Notes under the pieces: model-generated
Seen by the model: the letters and a program-made list of their open reading frames with translations, nothing else
What the model was told of the DNA's origin: nothing
Databases searched by the model: none
Shown here: positions 10,849 to 19,910 of the stretch, one piece after another
Layout of the letters: every line of letters starts with the position of its first letter
Numbering within the stretch: position 1 is the first letter of the stretch
From: Alphaproteobacteria bacterium
Lineage (GTDB): Bacteria > Pseudomonadota > Alphaproteobacteria > UBA828
Assembly: GCA_963422645.2 (NCBI GenBank)
Contig: CAXXVO010000013.1
Span: 32,001-96,000 of the forward strand
Direction: 5' to 3'
Length of the DNA stretch: 64,000 bases
Position numbers and translations under genes: made by a program

Positions 10849-11991
10849 TCACCAGGTCTGGCCACGCGCGTCGATGCGCCAGATATCCACCAGCCTGTCG
10901 CCACGCACACAGTGATAGAGGTCATGGAGATTGACGTTGGGGTCGCAGTGCGGCGTCACGCACGTGACCACCGAGCCGATGGGGGGACCGTTCGCACCTG
11001 CGGGCAGGACGATCCTGCCGTGCTCGTCCCCCATGAAGTCGTAAGTCGACCCCTCCGGCGCGCCGTCGGTGATTTCGGGCATGGGGCCGTCCGTTGCGAA
11101 GGCCTTGAAGCCGGCATCGGTGGTCACCGCCTCGGCGATGTTGGCGCAGATCACGGTCGACTGCACGAAGAGGGATGTCTCGAAGGGGCCCGGCGTGCCG
11201 TCCCGCCGCATCACGGCGTTGTACTGGACGTCCATGAAAATGAAGGAGCCGACCTGAAGGTCGGTGAAGACCCCTGCCTCCGGGTCGATATCGTAGGTTC
11301 CCGTGCCGCCGCCGGTGACGATGTCGAGCGGACCCGCCACGGCCTGGATCCCATCGCGGGCGTCGCCGATGCGTTGCATGACCGCCAGCGCTTCCTCCTC
11401 GCGCGCGTCGCAGTCTTCGATGTGTTGAAGGTGGCCCGCGTAGCACTGCAGTCCGCGCAGGATGAGGGAGGGCCGGGCCTTGATCTGCTCGGCAAGCGCC
11501 ACGGCGCCGGGGACGGTGGGGATGCCCGTGCGGTTGCGCCCGACGCCGAGGTCGATGACCACCTGCATGGGCTTGGCCCGTTCCGCGGCCAACGAAGCTA
11601 GAAGGTCGATCGTCTCGCTGTTGTCCACCACGAGGATCAGCTCCTCGGCCACGTCGTTCAGCGCCAGCACGCGCTCCAGCTTGTCGACGGTGACGATGGG
11701 CGACGTGATGAGGATGCGGGAGACGCCGCCTCGAATCATGGCGGCGGCCTCGCCGAGCTTGGCAACGCAAATGCCGACGGCGCCGGCGGCCATTTGACGC
11801 CGGGCGATCTCGGCGCACTTGTGGGTCTTGGCGTGGGGGCGGATGCTTTCGGGCCTACCCGCGAAGTGCGCCGCCATGGTGCCGAGATTGTGCTCGAACC
11901 GGTCGAGATCCAGCACCAGCGCCGGCGTTGCGAGGCGCGCGCGGGAGCCACTGACGCCGATCAGGTGTTCGTTGGGCCCGAGAGCCGTCAT
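10849..11991 (-). CDS. DSD1-family PLP enzyme (D-threonine aldolase / D-serine dehydratase-like)
   Basis: RPHAKTHK PLP lysine, YAGH, GGGTGT, GDEHG, PHCDPNVNL; ATG at 11991 after GAGGAG. Confidence 0.88.
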   Translation of the reverse strand: MTALGPNEHLIGVSGSRARLATPALVLDLDRFEHNLGTMAAHFAGRPESIRPHAKTHKCAEIARRQMAAGAVGICVAKLGEAAAMIRGGVSRILITSPIVTVDKLERVLALNDVAEELILVVDNSETIDLLASLAAERAKPMQVVIDLGVGRNRTGIPTVPGAVALAEQIKARPSLILRGLQCYAGHLQHIEDCDAREEEALAVMQRIGDARDGIQAVAGPLDIVTGGGTGTYDIDPEAGVFTDLQVGSFIFMDVQYNAVMRRDGTPGPFETSLFVQSTVICANIAEAVTTDAGFKAFATDGPMPEITDGAPEGSTYDFMGDEHGRIVLPAGANGPPIGSVVTCVTPHCDPNVNLHDLYHCVRGDRLVDIWRIDARGQTW

Positions 11992-12046
11992 GGCACACTC
12001 CTCGTTCCGTATTCCCCGCCGCAGCGCCGCATATTGCCGACGGTAC

Positions 12047-13969
12047 TCAACGTGCCTCCGGGGAGAGGCCGAGCTGGAGCGCAACGGGCGTTTCCTCGAC
12101 GACCAGCTCGTCGCCGTCGCGGAAACGGGTCTTCCAGAATTCGCCCGCGCCGGGGCCGGTCGGCAGACTGAGAGATCGATCCTGGGTTTCCCGCATGCGC
12201 CCGCGCAGCGCCTCGGTCTCCGCCTCGTCGACCACCAGCGTGTCCGGGTCGATCACCGCACCGAAACGCGCGCGTGCCATCTCGGCTGAGACGAGCTCGT
12301 CCCGCACCAGCTCGCGCACTGACTCCACCGGGCGCTCCAGCGCGCTGCCGTAGCCACCGCCGCCGGAGCTGATGCAGACATAGCGCTCGCCCTCGCGAAA
12401 GGCGTCGGGGTCCGGGTGCGCCTGGTAGAAGTAGCGCTTGCCGTCCGGCGTCTCCTTGTACTTGCAGCCGCCGTTGCCGGGCAGCCCGCCGAACAGGCCG
12501 AAGGGCGGATTGAGCGTCCCTTCGTACTCGAACTTCATGTAGAGCAGCCCGTAATAGGGCAGCACGACGGTCTCGCAGCCATGGCCGCCGATCCACTTCC
12601 CGGCGCCGGCGGAATCGATCAGGAACTGGTTGCTCTCGATAAAGAGCGGCTGGAGCAACTCGACCATCTCCACCGATTCGTTCTGCAGGCCGCCCAGCGC
12701 GCAGACGCATTGCGTCAGCGGCCAGCCGTCATAGCCCTTGGACCCGCCTCCGCCCGAGCCCGCGACGAAGATCGAGGCCGCAAAGGGGGTCGGCGGGTCG
12801 GTCCGGTAGTCGTCGCCCATCGAGAGCCGCTGCTGAATCCGCCCCCAGCCCGCCGGCACCCGGCCCGGCGCGGCCTGGGCCAGCGCCTTCCACGCCGCCT
12901 CGATCAGCTCGTCGCCGGGATTGGTGGTCGACCACCAGGTGCTCGACGGCCACTTGCCGAGCGCCACCGTGCCCTCGCGCGCCGAGACCCGGATATGGCG
13001 CATGCACCCCTCGTTGCGCGGAATGGTCGGGTCGATGGTGGTCAGCACCGGAATGCTGCCGTTGGCCTGCAGCGAAGCGAGCGAGGAGTTGCAGTGGCCG
13101 CCGACTTGCGGGTCGCTCTCCGAATAATCGACGTGCACCATGTCGTCCTCGATGGTGACGGTACACGCGATGCGGATGTCGTGCGTGCCCTGCCCGTCGC
13201 TGTCGATCCAGGATTCCCCCTTGTAGACGCCATCCGGGAGCGCGCGGATCTCCGCAGCCGTGCGCCGGTCCGAGTACTCGATCATCTCGGCCACCGTGGC
13301 GAGGACGCTCTCCACACCGTGGGTCTGGGTCATCTCGCGAAGCCGCGCCGCTCCGGTGCGCACCGAGCCCACCATGGCCCTGAGATCGGCCTCGAGCCAT
13401 TCGGGCAGGCGCACGTTGCGCAGGTAGAAGCGAATGATGCTGCGCACCTCCTTGCCACGCTCGAAGATGCGCACGGGCGGGATCTGGATCCCGTCCTGCC
13501 AGACGCTGGTGGACGCGTGCCCGAAGGAGGCTTCGCCCGTGTTGTTCTGATGCGCCCGGATCGAGGTCCAGAACAGGTGCCGGCCCTCGTGGAACACCGG
13601 CATGATCACCGTGAGATCGGAGTTGTGCGTCGTCCCCATGTAGGGGTCGTTGATCATGAAGATATCGCCCTCGTTGATGTCGTCGCCGAACTCGTCCACC
13701 GTTGCATCGATGTTGAGCGCGCCGCCGATCGTGTGGATCGGAAGGGCGTCGTTCTGGTAGAGCATCTGGGCCTCGGCGGTGTAAATCGAGGCCGAGTGGT
13801 CGCGCGCGATCGAGATGATGGTGCTGCGCGCGCCGCGCTGCAGGACCCGGGTCATCTCGTCGGAGGCCTGCCCGATCGCGTGCAGCAGCACGGAGAACAT
13901 GGTCGGGTCGATGCCTTCGGAAAGGCCATTCGTGCGACGACGCGGCCGCTCCTCGTGCGGCTCCTGCAT
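12047..13969 (-). CDS. Hydantoinase B/oxoprolinase family subunit (copy 1)
   Basis: Same motifs as 7338-9257; ORF open from 14002, ATG at 13969 follows GGAAGG. Confidence 0.9.
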   Translation of the reverse strand: MQEPHEERPRRRTNGLSEGIDPTMFSVLLHAIGQASDEMTRVLQRGARSTIISIARDHSASIYTAEAQMLYQNDALPIHTIGGALNIDATVDEFGDDINEGDIFMINDPYMGTTHNSDLTVIMPVFHEGRHLFWTSIRAHQNNTGEASFGHASTSVWQDGIQIPPVRIFERGKEVRSIIRFYLRNVRLPEWLEADLRAMVGSVRTGAARLREMTQTHGVESVLATVAEMIEYSDRRTAAEIRALPDGVYKGESWIDSDGQGTHDIRIACTVTIEDDMVHVDYSESDPQVGGHCNSSLASLQANGSIPVLTTIDPTIPRNEGCMRHIRVSAREGTVALGKWPSSTWWSTTNPGDELIEAAWKALAQAAPGRVPAGWGRIQQRLSMGDDYRTDPPTPFAASIFVAGSGGGGSKGYDGWPLTQCVCALGGLQNESVEMVELLQPLFIESNQFLIDSAGAGKWIGGHGCETVVLPYYGLLYMKFEYEGTLNPPFGLFGGLPGNGGCKYKETPDGKRYFYQAHPDPDAFREGERYVCISSGGGGYGSALERPVESVRELVRDELVSAEMARARFGAVIDPDTLVVDEAETEALRGRMRETQDRSLSLPTGPGAGEFWKTRFRDGDELVVEETPVALQLGLSPEAR

Positions 13970-13991
13970 TGCCTCGCCTTCCGTCAACTCG

Positions 13992-16070
13992 TTATAGGGC
14001 ATCGCCGTTCACCCGATAGTCGTAGCCTGAAAGACTGACCCGCACGGCGTGACCGGGAAAGACGGTCACGCTCGTCGTCGGTTCCTCGATCACGGCCGCA
14101 CCGCGGATGACGTGGCCCGGCTCGAGCTGCATGCCGTCGTATACCGGTATCTCCATCGCCCCGCTCTCGCCGCCGAAATAGGCGGTGCGATGGCCGCTGA
14201 GCGCGGCGGCAGGGTCGGCCGACTCGCTGGCGCTCCGCCGCGGCGTCGGCATGCTGCTGCCCACCACGGCGTTCACGCGCCAGTGCAGGAAGTTGACCCG
14301 GTCCCCTTCCATCTTGAAGGTGTAGATCCGCTCGTGCTCGTCATCGAAGGCGCGGCGGAGGTCGGCCACATCCTCGAAGCGTCCCTTCGTGAGCGACACG
14401 ATTAATTCGTGCGCCTGCCCCCAGTAGGCGGCATCGTAGAACCACTGGAACTGGACCTCCTCCGTGGAGATCGCGCTTGCCGCGAGATCGCGCAGCGCGT
14501 CCTCTTCCATCTCGGCGAAAAGCCGGTTGACGGCATCGACGTCCACCGTGTTGGTATCGGTCGTGAACGTCCTGGTGTAGTCGAAGTTCACATCGACGAC
14601 GGTCATGCCGAAGGCGCTGTAGCCGCCCGCGACACGGGGGACGAAGGCGCGGTCGATCCCGAACTCGTCCGCGAGACTCCCCACCACTACGCCGCCGGCG
14701 CCCCCGCCCGCGATGAGGATGGTGCTGCGGGGGTCGACGCCGCGCTCGATCGAGACCGCCGCCATGGCCTTGACCATCTTGAAGTTGGCGAGGCGGAAGA
14801 TGCCGGCCGCGGCATCGACGATGCCAAGCCCCAGCGGTTGGGCCACGTCGGCGTCGATGGCTTCGAGCGCCTTGTCCCGGTCGAGCTTCAGGCGGCCGCC
14901 GAGGAAGGCGTCGGGATTGACGTAGCCGAGTGCGACGAAGGCGTCGGTCACGGTCGGCCTGGTCCCGCCCAGGCCGTAACACGCCGGTCCCGGATCGGCG
15001 CCGGCGCTGTGCGGCCCCACGGCGAGCGCGCCGCCGGCATCGATGGAGGCGATGCTTCCGCCGCCCGCGCCGATCGAGATGATGTCCGTGGCCAGCGAGC
15101 CGAGGGGCATCCCGGAGATCCTGAGACTGCGCGTAAGCGTCGGCAGCCCGCCCCGGATGAGCCCCACGTCGAAGCTCGTGCCCCCCATGTCGGCGCTGAT
15201 GACGTTGATCTCGCTGCGGGGGAAGAACTCGCTCGCCACCTGCACCGCGGCGGCAGGCGCTGCGGCAGGGCCCGAACCGATGCTCCGCGCCGGGTAATGC
15301 AGGATCCTGGCGATCGGTGCGCAGCCCCCGTTGCACTGGATGATCAGGGGCTCGGCGCTAAAGCCGTGGTCGGCGAGCCAGGTGCGCAGGCGTTCGAGAT
15401 ACCCCGCGATCGGCGGCAGCGTGTAGGCGCTCAGCACCGTCGCCGAGGTGCGGTCCCATTCGCGCAGCTGGGGCAGGATGTCGGAGCTGATCACCACCGG
15501 AACGCCCGGCATTTCCTCGGCGAGGATGGCGCGCGTGCGCTGCTCGTGCGCGGGATTGACCTGCGACCAGAGGAAGGCGACCGCCACGGCGTTCACACCC
15601 AACTCGTTGAAGCGTGCCGCCGCGGCGCGCACGTCCCCTTCGTCGAGGGGCGCGACCTCCTCGCCGCGAAAGTCGATGCGCCCGCCGATGCCGAGACGGC
15701 GATGCCGGGGAATCAGCGGTTTCGGCCGCGCCATGCGGATGTTGAACGGCTCCGGCTTGGTCCCGTCCATGAACTCGAGCACGTCGCGAAATCCCCGGGT
15801 CGCGAGCAGGCCCGCGACTGGGCCGTTGCGCTGGATGATGGCGTTGGTGCCGATGGTCGTGCCGTGAACGATGCGGCTGCATTGGGAAATGAAGGCCTGC
15901 TCGGAACAGCCCAGCTCCTGGCACGCCAGCGCGATGCCGCTGAGTATGCCCTGGAGCGGGTCCTCCCGATCGCTCAGCGTCTTGAAGACCTCGATCGCGC
16001 CGTCCTCTTCATCGGCGACCGTGATGTCGGTGAACGTGCCACCGATGTCGATGCCGACCCTGTAGGTCAT
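13992..16070 (-). CDS. Hydantoinase A/oxoprolinase family ATP-binding subunit
   Basis: IDIGGTFTD, HGTTIGTN, SGPAA, DMGGTSFD, IGAGGGS, PTVTDA. Confidence 0.92.
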   Translation of the reverse strand: MTYRVGIDIGGTFTDITVADEEDGAIEVFKTLSDREDPLQGILSGIALACQELGCSEQAFISQCSRIVHGTTIGTNAIIQRNGPVAGLLATRGFRDVLEFMDGTKPEPFNIRMARPKPLIPRHRRLGIGGRIDFRGEEVAPLDEGDVRAAAARFNELGVNAVAVAFLWSQVNPAHEQRTRAILAEEMPGVPVVISSDILPQLREWDRTSATVLSAYTLPPIAGYLERLRTWLADHGFSAEPLIIQCNGGCAPIARILHYPARSIGSGPAAAPAAAVQVASEFFPRSEINVISADMGGTSFDVGLIRGGLPTLTRSLRISGMPLGSLATDIISIGAGGGSIASIDAGGALAVGPHSAGADPGPACYGLGGTRPTVTDAFVALGYVNPDAFLGGRLKLDRDKALEAIDADVAQPLGLGIVDAAAGIFRLANFKMVKAMAAVSIERGVDPRSTILIAGGGAGGVVVGSLADEFGIDRAFVPRVAGGYSAFGMTVVDVNFDYTRTFTTDTNTVDVDAVNRLFAEMEEDALRDLAASAISTEEVQFQWFYDAAYWGQAHELIVSLTKGRFEDVADLRRAFDDEHERIYTFKMEGDRVNFLHWRVNAVVGSSMPTPRRSASESADPAAALSGHRTAYFGGESGAMEIPVYDGMQLEPGHVIRGAAVIEEPTTSVTVFPGHAVRVSLSGYDYRVNGDAL

Positions 16071-16105
16071 GGCTTGCCCCGGAAAGAAAGCATCGTGTCG
16101 GTCTC

Positions 16106-17149
16106 CTAGAAGCCGCCGGCGCGGGAGCGATTCTCGGTGCGGTTCATCCACACGCTGATCGACACCGTAATCAGCAGGATGCAGCCGATGATGAAGGGCT
16201 GCCAGAAGGGCGAGACCCCGTTCAGGTTGAGGCCGTTGCGGATGACGCCGAGCAGGATGACGCCGACGACCGTGCCGAGGATGGCGCCGTGGCCGCCGCC
16301 GAGCCTCGTGCCGCCGATGACGGTCGCCGTGATGGCGTCGATTTCGAGCCCGATTCCCGTGGTGGTGAGCGCGGTGCCGGTGCGCGCGGTGAACAGGAGG
16401 CCCGAGAGGCCGGCGAGGCCGCCCATCAGTGCGTAGCAGGTGATCACGACACGGCTGACCGGCACGCCGGAGAGTCGTGCAGCCTCCTCATTGCCGCCGA
16501 TGGCGTAGACCCAGCGCCCGAATTTCGCGTAGCGCAGGATGATCGACCCCATCACGACCGCGCCGATAAAGAAGAATCCGGCGACGGGGAAGCCACCGCC
16601 CACGCGGCCGAGCGCGAGCGTGGTGATCCACATCGCATCGCCTTCGGCGCGATGGATGGTGCCTTCGCTGGAGATCAGCACAAGGCCGCGCACCAGGCTC
16701 GCCATGGCGAGCGTCGCAATCAGCGGGTTGATGCCGATGCGGCTGATCAGGGTGCCGTTGAAGGCACCGAGGAGGGCGCCGGCGCCGATGCATGCGAGGC
16801 AGCCGAGCGCCAGGAACAGAGGCTCGCCGGTGCCGAACACGAGCACCGCGACGAGGCCGGTCACGGCGGCGATCGCGCCGATCGACAGGTCGAACCCGCC
16901 CAGGATCATGACCACCGTCATGCCGACGGCCGCCACGCCCACCATCGACGACTGGGCCAGGATGTTCGAGAGGTTCAGCGGGTTGCGAAAGGTCTCGTTG
17001 GTGGCGAGCAGGATGATCGCCGGCAGAAGCAGCGCGATCATGAAACCGTAGCGCCCGAGGAACGCCACCAAGGGCTTCAAGTGCACGGTTCCCCGCGCGC
17101 CGGACTCGGCGGGCTGACTATCCTGCGGGCTGCTCACCGCCGGCTCCAA
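16106..17149 (-). CDS. Sugar-type ABC permease (RbsC family)
   Basis: GGFDLSIG, YAIGGNEEAARLSG, VIGGTRLGGG. Confidence 0.9.
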   Translation of the reverse strand: MEPAVSSPQDSQPAESGARGTVHLKPLVAFLGRYGFMIALLLPAIILLATNETFRNPLNLSNILAQSSMVGVAAVGMTVVMILGGFDLSIGAIAAVTGLVAVLVFGTGEPLFLALGCLACIGAGALLGAFNGTLISRIGINPLIATLAMASLVRGLVLISSEGTIHRAEGDAMWITTLALGRVGGGFPVAGFFFIGAVVMGSIILRYAKFGRWVYAIGGNEEAARLSGVPVSRVVITCYALMGGLAGLSGLLFTARTGTALTTTGIGLEIDAITATVIGGTRLGGGHGAILGTVVGVILLGVIRNGLNLNGVSPFWQPFIIGCILLITVSISVWMNRTENRSRAGGF

Positions 17150-17291
17150 GACCTCGTGCGAATTGTGCGAAGGCCGCTGCTAGCGCATCGGTCGTGAGAA
17201 CGCCGTGCTCGATTGGGCAGAGAATGCGTGTGGGCAGCCGCCTGCCCGGCGACTGCCCACAATTCTGCCATTTGATATCCGGGACGAGACG

Positions 17292-18260
17292 CTAGAAGCC
17301 GCGCCCCTCGCACTCGGCGTAGTTGGCCTGCGTGCAGTTGAAGATCGGCGGGACCTGGGCAAAGTCCGGCAGCATGCTGAAGTCGCCGGCAGCCTGCATG
17401 GCGACCAGGCTGTCGACCACGAGCGCGCCCATGATCAGCGGATCCTGGTAGACGGCGCCGTACATCTTGCCGGCCCCGATGGCTTGCTCTTCGGCCTGGC
17501 ACAGGTCGATGGCGACGAACATGATCTCCGTGCGCCCCAGCCTCTGGGCCCAATCCAGCGACGGCGGAACCATGCAGTTCCCCATGCTGTTGACCAGGGT
17601 GACGCTGCCCGGAACCGGGAAGCGCTGGAGCATATCCTGGAAGCCGGTCAGCGCCTTGTCGGGCAGCCAGTCGGCGGTGACGTCGACCCAGTCGTGCTCG
17701 ACGCCGGAGGCCTCGAGCACTTCGCTCATGCCCTGCATGCGGCGCCGGTCGGGGCTGCCGCCGGCGGTGCCGCGGAACATGACGATGCGCTTCTCGCCCT
17801 CGACGGTCGCGAGCGCCTCAAGCATGAGGCGGGCCGACAGGCGCCCGTACTCGACATCGTCCACGCCGACGTAGGGAACGCCCTCGATCTCACCCAGCGC
17901 GCCCACCACCGGGATACCGGCATCGAGCGCTTCCTGCACGGCGGGAAGGACGCCTGCGATATCGATCGGCGCGATGGCGATCGCATCGACGCCCTGCACG
18001 ATGAACTCGCGAACGTTCTCGACCTGGACCGAGGCATCCCACTTGGGATCGCTGACGATGAGGTTGACGTTGGCCTTCTCGGCGGCGTCGCGCATGCCCT
18101 TGACCAGCGGCACCGCGAACGGCGTGGTCGAGACATCCCAAACGGTCACGCCCACGGTGAATTGATCCTCGCTTCGTGCGTCGTCCGGCGCAGCCGCGAC
18201 ACCGAAAACCAGTGCCGCAACACCCAGTGCGGCCGCGATATGCGAAACCTTCATTTTCAT
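17292..18260 (-). CDS. Sugar-type ABC substrate-binding protein (RbsB-like)
   Basis: Signal peptide; QGVDAIAIAP, DAGIPVV, QDP motifs. Confidence 0.85.
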   Translation of the reverse strand: MKMKVSHIAAALGVAALVFGVAAAPDDARSEDQFTVGVTVWDVSTTPFAVPLVKGMRDAAEKANVNLIVSDPKWDASVQVENVREFIVQGVDAIAIAPIDIAGVLPAVQEALDAGIPVVGALGEIEGVPYVGVDDVEYGRLSARLMLEALATVEGEKRIVMFRGTAGGSPDRRRMQGMSEVLEASGVEHDWVDVTADWLPDKALTGFQDMLQRFPVPGSVTLVNSMGNCMVPPSLDWAQRLGRTEIMFVAIDLCQAEEQAIGAGKMYGAVYQDPLIMGALVVDSLVAMQAAGDFSMLPDFAQVPPIFNCTQANYAECEGRGF

Positions 18261-18449
18261 CTCTCTCCCCTTATGGTGCTCTTGACCGACTGCGTCGCGA
18301 TGGCGCGGAACGGCCGCAAAAGCCTACAGGGACGCTCCGCCCGCGAGCAATGACTTTCTCCCCGAAGCGGCGGCTTGATCGATCGGTCTCATGGTAGATA
18401 CCGCGTCGCAGGCAGGTCCACGATCGGCGCGATAGGCTATCGAAGTGGC

Positions 18450-19910
18450 CTAATACGGGGGGTCACACTTGCGCGCCGAACAAGATATCAAGGCCGGTCG
18501 GCGGGGTCGAAGGCTCCCGCTGGGCCGCCGTGTAAGCCCCTGATCGACGAGCAGGGCGCGCGCGCCGCTCTCGTCCACCGTCGAAAGCAGACCGGCGGCT
18601 GCAAGCACATAGCGGCGGTCGAGAGCAATGGTGGGCGCCCGTGGCGTCAGCGAGCCTTGCGTCTGGCGGTTGAGCCCGCCACGCAGCACCGCCTCGCCTG
18701 CCGCTTGGCGGCCGAGCACGCCGCCGGTGCCGATCACGAGGGGGACATCCCGGAGATCGGCGCCCCGCTGTTCGAAATCCGCTCCCTGACCGGGGACGTA
18801 GACGGTCTTGAGCGTGCCGCAGTGGCGCTGGAGCGCATGGGTCACACAGGCGGTCGCCAGCGCCTGGTCGACACGATCCTCTTCCGGGTTGTCGGGCAGG
18901 AAGTCCGGCTCCCGGCGGCGGCGTGCGCAGGCGTTGAGAAGCTCATCGGGCGAAAGTGCGGCATCACCACTTTCTGCCTCGAGCCAGTCGGCATCCGCTT
19001 CCAGAACGCCGAGCGCACTCCAGCGCATGCCGAGATCGCCTTCCACTGTGCGGCGGAGTGGGAGCGCCGGCAGGCCGGCCCTGCGAATGCCGACGGGCGC
19101 GGGCTTGAGCGCGACAGCCGCGTGGACGTCGGTCGTGGCGCCGCCGAGGTCGATCACGACAACATCGGCCGGCGGCGCCCCGTCGGCACCTCGAGCCAGC
19201 AGCCGCGTCGCCTGCAGCACGGCCTCGGGCGTCGGCATGATGACGGCCTCGTGGAACTCTTCGGCGCGGCTCAGGCCCTTGCCGCGAATCACATGGCGGA
19301 TGAACTCGTCGTGGATGGCGGCCCGCGCCGGCTCGATGTCGAGCCGGCCAATGGCCGGCAGCACGTTGGCGACCACCGTGACCCGCTCGCGCGGCGCCAC
19401 CATTTCGGCAACGGCCGCAGCGACATCGCGGTTGCAGGCCACGACGATGCGGCTTTCGATCCGGGCTCGGGAAAGCGCCTCGGCATTCTCCAGTACCTGC
19501 TCGCGCTGCCCACCGTCGGTCCCGCCGGAGAATAGGACGATTTCGGGCCGCGCCTCTTCGAGAGCGGCAATGGCCCGCGCGCCGAGCCGGCCCGATAAAG
19601 TGAGCTCGATGCGCGCGCCGGCGTTGAGCGCGGCCTGGCGCGCCGCCTGCGCCGTGTAATCGGGCACGAGGCCGATCGCAGCGACCCGGAGGCCTCCGCC
19701 AGCGCTCGATGCCGCAAGTCGGCGAACGATCCTGAGCCCGCCGGGCGCTTGGCCGAGAGCACGGTCGAGGGCATCCCTGTAGCCCTCCATCACGTCCGTC
19801 TCGACGGTCGTGGGTGCCTGGGCGCTAGCCAGCAGGCGCCCCGTCCCGGCTTCGGTAATCGTCAGCTTTGTGAAGGTGCTTCCGAAATCGACGAGAGCAA
19901 TCGCATTCAC
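18450..19910 (-). CDS. Glutamate mutase L (GlmL/MutL)-like ATP-dependent reactivating factor
   Basis: DFGSTFTK, SSAGGGL, AALNAGA, GGTDGG, MPTP, DLGGATTDVH, RTVEGDLGMR; GTG start overlaps the stop of the upstream B12 gene. Confidence 0.85.
   Translation of the reverse strand: MNAIALVDFGSTFTKLTITEAGTGRLLASAQAPTTVETDVMEGYRDALDRALGQAPGGLRIVRRLAASSAGGGLRVAAIGLVPDYTAQAARQAALNAGARIELTLSGRLGARAIAALEEARPEIVLFSGGTDGGQREQVLENAEALSRARIESRIVVACNRDVAAAVAEMVAPRERVTVVANVLPAIGRLDIEPARAAIHDEFIRHVIRGKGLSRAEEFHEAVIMPTPEAVLQATRLLARGADGAPPADVVVIDLGGATTDVHAAVALKPAPVGIRRAGLPALPLRRTVEGDLGMRWSALGVLEADADWLEAESGDAALSPDELLNACARRRREPDFLPDNPEEDRVDQALATACVTHALQRHCGTLKTVYVPGQGADFEQRGADLRDVPLVIGTGGVLGRQAAGEAVLRGGLNRQTQGSLTPRAPTIALDRRYVLAAAGLLSTVDESGARALLVDQGLTRRPSGSLRPRRPALISCSARKCDPPY

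Noticed and set aside
18280-18400. Possible operator or cobalamin riboswitch near the B12 cluster
   Set aside because: Only weak partial palindromes (GATCGATC); no B12-box consensus recognised here or upstream of the SDR
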